Origin: the human T2T-CHM13v2.0 reference genome, Homo sapiens
Assembly (NCBI RefSeq): GCF_009914755.1
Contig: NC_060945.1
DNA length: 64,000 nucleotides
Reading direction: 5' to 3' (one strand)
A program made the position numbers and the translations under genes. Under the pieces are notes generated by a model. It saw only the letters and a list, made by a program, of their open reading frames with translations, ran no database searches and was not told the DNA's origin. Shown piece after piece: positions 55,287 through 64,000 of this stretch. Each line of letters opens with the position of its first letter. Position 1 is the first letter of the stretch.

Positions 55287-56867
55287 CCCTGACCTGCTGT
55301 GTCCTGAGAAGCCTAGGTGAGGCCCCGTGGGTCTGGGGCCTCTGCCGGTCGGCTCTGCGTGCTTCTCACATGGAAGTGGAAACCCTTGGGGCAGCAGGGC
55401 CCAGAGAGGAAGGGGTGCTGACCTGGATCAGCTGTAAGCAGGACAGACTTGCTTCTGGAGGTCCCCAAAGCCTTCCCCCATGCTCAGGGGTTTGCTAGGA
55501 CTCACAGCTGTGCACACAGCTAAGGTTTATCATGGTGAAGGCCTACGTGATGGGCTTGGCAAGGGAGAAAGACACAGGCCGAGTCTGGAGAATCTGAGGG
55601 CAGGCTGCTGCGGCTCTCCTGTGCAGGCGCCATGCATGCTCCTTCCTCCAGCCGAGAAGCACGTGGCCACCTGCAAAGCCCATTCGAGGCTCAGAGCCCA
55701 GGGCGTGCATCCTGCGCTGGCCACGTGGGCCCCTCTGCATGGCAACCACCCAAATTCCAGACTCCCAGCAGGAAAGCAGCTGTTCAGCACAAACCCATTG
55801 CAGGAACAGTCCAGGCCCGGCAAAGCACTCCTAGCAGTCAGGGGACGGAGAGACGCTCCAAAAGCCCCGTTCCCAGACACCACCTTGAAAGCAGGCCCCT
55901 CTGAGAAGGCAACCTGAGATCTGCTGCACCGAGTCTGTCCCGCACAGAAGCCTCTCTCATCTCACCGACCACGGTGGTCACTGCAGCAGGATGGGAAGAG
56001 GGACCAGGTGTGTTCCTGGCTGTTCCTTCCTGAGGAGTGGATGGAATGTCCCTCCTTCTTGTGGAAAGACCAGGGCGGAACGAGTGGTGAGCATCGTCTG
56101 CCACAAACACAGCTTTTGAAGCAGATTTATTTACACCACGTACATGTTTCCATTAAGCATGGTAGGGTCTTCCTACCCCACTCGTCCAGACCTGGAGCCC
56201 CTCGACACCCGCCCGGGTAATCCCACTGCTTAGCCCCACGTCCTGGTAACCCTCCTCAGCTCTGCACAGACTCGTCTCATTTCCGTGTCTGCTGTGGCCA
56301 CCCTGGTCCAGACCTTTGTGCTCACATTTTGCCACCATGGATCTCATGACCTTGGGCAGATGACTTCTCTTCCCTGGGCCACCAATCCTCATCTGTGAAG
56401 CGCAGAGACTGGAGGGGATGCCTCAGAATTCACGCGCACATGCGGTGGGGGTGGGGAGGCAGGGAGCCCCCCCTTGGGTGGCAGGAAGGAGCCCAGGTAG
56501 GAGAGAATACACCTCCAAGAGCTCTCATTTCCCGTGGGGTGCCGGGGGTGGTGTCCCCTTTACGCCTATCTGGGCCGAGTTCCGAGCGAGCTCTCCGGCG
56601 ATGTAATTTCTGGATCAGTGGCCGCAATGCAGTTTCCAGCATCACATCAGGCTTGCAAACGCCATGCAGGTTCAAGTTCCAATCTCATCAGAGGTGATCG
56701 TTCAAGGACAAGAGGGACAGGAGGTAGCTTGTGATAGGCTGTTAGGAACATACAAGGACATTTGGGGCAGCATTGGAGCAAGACGGGAGAGCTCAGGTCC
56801 TTGTCTAGGGAACTCCTTTCCCCACCTCCGACCCAGGTCTCTCATCCATAAACAGTGGAGGTCACAT

Positions 56868-57472
56868 TGTGTCCGGAGTTGGTTCCTTCCCGGGGGTCTT
56901 GGTCTCCCTGACTTCAAGAATGAAGCCGGGGACCTTCGCGGTGAGTGTTACAGCTCTTGAAGATGGCAGGGACCCAAAGAGTGAGCAGCAGCAAGATATA
57001 TTGTGAAGAGCGAAAGAACAAAGACTCCTCAGCGTGAAAGGGGACCCGAGCGGTTTGCCGCTGCTGGCTGGAGGGGTGGCCAGCTTTTATTCCCTTATTT
57101 GTCCGCGCCCGTGTCCTGCTGATTGGTCCATTTTACAGAGCGTTGATTGGTCCATTTTACAGAGACCTGCTTGGTCCATTTTACAGTGTGCTGATTGGTC
57201 CATTTTACAGAGCACTGCTTGGTCCATTTTACAGTGTGCTGATTGGTCCATTTTACAGAGCACTGCTTGGTCCATTTTACAGTGTGCTGATTGGTCCATT
57301 TTACAGAGCACGGCTTGGTCCATTTTACAGTGTGCGGATTGGTCCATTTTACAGAGCACCAATTGGTCCATTTTATGGTGTGCTGATTGGCGCATTTTAC
57401 AATCCTCTTGTAAGACAGAAAATTTCTCCAAGTCCGCACCCAACCCAGAAGTCTAGCTGGCTTCACCTCTCA
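56868..57472 (-). mobile_element. ERV9 LTR12-family solo LTR with ~12 x 24-bp CCAAT-type repeats
   Basis: Reverse starts TGAGAGGTGAAGCCAGCT, ends CCGGACACA; TSD ACAT. Confidence 0.88.
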
Positions 57473-57612
57473 ACATCAGGTGCTCGCAAGATCCCTGCAA
57501 GTCTGAAGTGCCTTGAGCGTGACCTTAGGGGTTTGTACGGATTTGGATTTGTAGGGTGCACATCCGGGAGGAATTATTTTTCCCATTTTAATGATTGAGA
57601 AACTGAGTGTAG

Positions 57613-58184
<572 letters not shown>

Positions 58185-58529
58185 CATCTGAACTTTTCTA
58201 GGTTATTTGTTACCAGCAAAAAATTGGAATCTAAAAATATGGTGGATTTCCAATTAAACAAGTTACAAAGAACACATAAATTTATCTCTTCTTGCCCTGA
58301 AACACCAATGAATTGCAGTAAAGCAAAAAAAGACTTCAACCCACAAAGAAAAAAGAGGGAAGTTAGCAGTTGAAGAAAGAGATTGCCGCATTCTTGCCAG
58401 AGGAAGGGGAGGAGGCAGAGTAGCAGGTCCTGAAGGCTGGCGACTCGGGCAGCTCCTGCCGTCCCCAGGCGAGGGGAGGAGGTGGGAGACCTTGGGCGAG
58501 GTGCTAGCCCCATGTCATCTGCTTGGAGC

Positions 58530-62200
<3,671 letters not shown>

Positions 62201-62260
62201 CTTCACAGGGAGCAGGAAGGGCACCACACTCCCTGGGTGACTGGTGCTGTGTCTTTGCAG

Positions 62261-62429
62261 GAAGGTGGTGTGTCAGTGTGGCTACACGCATGAGCAGCAC
62301 TTGGAGGAGGCTACCAAGCCCCACACCTTCCAGGGCACACAGTGGGACCCAAAGAAACATGTCCAGGAGATGCCAACCGATGCCTTTGGCGACATCGTCT
62401 TCACGGGCCTGAGCCAGAAGGTGAAAAAG
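62261..62429 (+). CDS. TRPM2: TRPM2 coding exon 3 (KVVCQCGYTHEQH...FTGLSQKVKK)
   Basis: tttgcAG / GTTGGT, 169 nt. Confidence 0.95.
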
Positions 62430-63113
62430 GTTGGTTTCCATCACTCTCGCTCTGAACTGTAGGTGGAGCTGCATGGCCCCACAGTGACACGCGGTGGTCG
62501 GCATTTCCTGGGGCAAGAGCAGGAGGCTGGCAAAACTCCAGGGTGCATAGAGCCCACTGCACAGCAAGGGAAGCGGCGGGGAGGGGCTCTGCAAGGCAAG
62601 CAAGACATGCACCCCACTCTCAGAGTGCTTGGCCATCTGCAAAGCAGGGTGGGGCACAGTGAGCTTTCTAGGAAGGTGCAAGCTGGGAGTGGTGAGTGAA
62701 TTCTGGCTGGGTGTCCTTGGGCGGCATTTGTCAGGGCCTGGGAGGGAGTAGGGAGGAAGGAGAGGGATGCAGGACACAGATGCGCTCAGGGTGTGCTGGG
62801 AGAATGGTAGGAAGGGTGTGGGGAGGGAGGGAAAAGCTGGGGGAAGGGGCCCAGGATAGCAGGGAGGCCCATGTGGCAAGTCTGGAAGCAAACGCCAGAG
62901 TCCTTGCGAGGAGTCTGGGCCAGGCATGGCGGGATCCAGGCTGAGCCTGGCCTGCAGGAGAGCGCTGTGAGGGTGCAGACTGCTGGAGGGAGGCCCAGGT
63001 GCAGGGTTAGGTTCTCTCGTGCACAACCTCACTGAGGTCCCTGGACCAGCCATCTCTGACCAATTCTCAGGCCCCATCCCAGGCCTGTGGAGTCAGAGGC
63101 TCAGCCCCTTGCA

Positions 63114-63431
63114 TGTTGACCAGCCTTCTGGAGGGTTCTGAGACTCGCGTGTTGACCAGCCTTCTGGAGGGTTCTGAGACTCGCGTGTTGACCAGCCTTC
63201 TGGAGGGTTCTGAGACTCGCGTGTTGACCAGCCTTCTGGAGGGTTCTGAGACTCGCGTGTTGACCAGCCTTCTGGAGGGTTCTGAGACTTGTGTGTTGAC
63301 CAGCCTTCTGGAGGTTCTGAGACTTGCGTGTTGACCAGCCTTCTGGAGGGTTCTGAGACTTGCATTTTGACCAGCCTTCTGGAGGGTTCTGAGACTTGAG
63401 TGTTGACCAGCCTTCTGGAGGGTTCTGAGAC
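63114..63431. repeat. 36-bp VNTR x9, TRPM2 intron 3
   Basis: TGTTGACCAGCCTTCTGGAGGGTTCTGAGACTCGCG units. Confidence 0.93.
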
Positions 63432-64000
63432 AGTGATTGGGTGCCACTGTCCTGGAGGTGGGGAGGGTGGCACTGATCTCTGTGCTGGCGTCTGGAGCCC
63501 TGAACTTGGTACCTGTCGAGTGTGACCTGTCCACTCAATGCATGGTGTTGCCATGAGGTGGCCAAAGAGGTTGAGTGGGGCAGGTCCCGGAGACGGGGTC
63601 ATGTGGCCCCAGGCTTCCTGGCTGGCACAGCCCCTGAGCCACCCTGTGTCACCATGACACGTGGGTGTTCTCCAGGCCCCTGGACCCCTCTGTCGCTGTG
63701 GTCACGGGGACAGTCCTGTTGTTGGGTTTCAGATGAGGGATTGAGGTATGGGGAGGCCCTACCTACCCTTTGTCTGACGCCACCGTGGCCGTGGCAGTGG
63801 TGGGTTTGAATCCAGCTGTGTCTGAGCCTGGGGTCTGGCTGCATCCCTCCCCCAACCCCCCGGCTTCTCCCAGCCCCCTCCCTGCAGCTGCCGACAGGGG
63901 CCGGTGGTGTGAGGGAGAAATGCCTGTGGCCTGACAGTGAGGGACGCCAGGGACACAGACCCTGTACTGCAGCAGGTCTGCCTCGAAGCCCGGGAGCGTC

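Noticed and set aside
55480-55930. Possible MER21-like LTR remnant
   Set aside because: Too degenerate to call without a search.
63114-63431. CRISPR-like 36-bp repeats (also 34004-34263 and 57120-57400)
   Set aside because: Head-to-tail tandem units with no unique spacers, in human intronic DNA.

Overview
Human genomic DNA, recognisable as the 21q22.3 PFKL-CFAP410(C21orf2)-TRPM2 locus. PFKL (+ strand) is present from intron 1 through coding exons 2-22 (4738-24919) to its AATAAA at 25389; exon 1 lies upstream of the window. The complete 7-exon CFAP410 gene (- strand, ATG 37288, stop 28255, 256 aa) converges on PFKL. TRPM2 (+ strand) is represented by a distal CpG island and coding exons 1-3 (51788-62429). 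Exon boundaries were read by hand from GT/AG sites with frame continuity. The CFAP410-TRPM2 interval and TRPM2 intron 2 are packed with nested ERV LTRs, Alus and DNA transposons; repeat family names come from recalled consensus sequences, not from a search. I see no new protein-coding gene or prokaryote-type system. The best leads are regulatory or splicing features: (1) a 20-bp duplication that doubles the donor of the CFAP410 19-nt microexon; (2) two divergent HERV-H LTR7 solo LTRs, each inserted at almost the same Alu position and each pointing at a gene; (3) a GAS-bearing MER41B in TRPM2; (4) a recursive-splicing-type AG/GTAAGA at PFKL exon 5; (5) a stop-free G-rich VNTR in intron 1 of the ALS-associated CFAP410; (6) an Alu fold-back palindrome.
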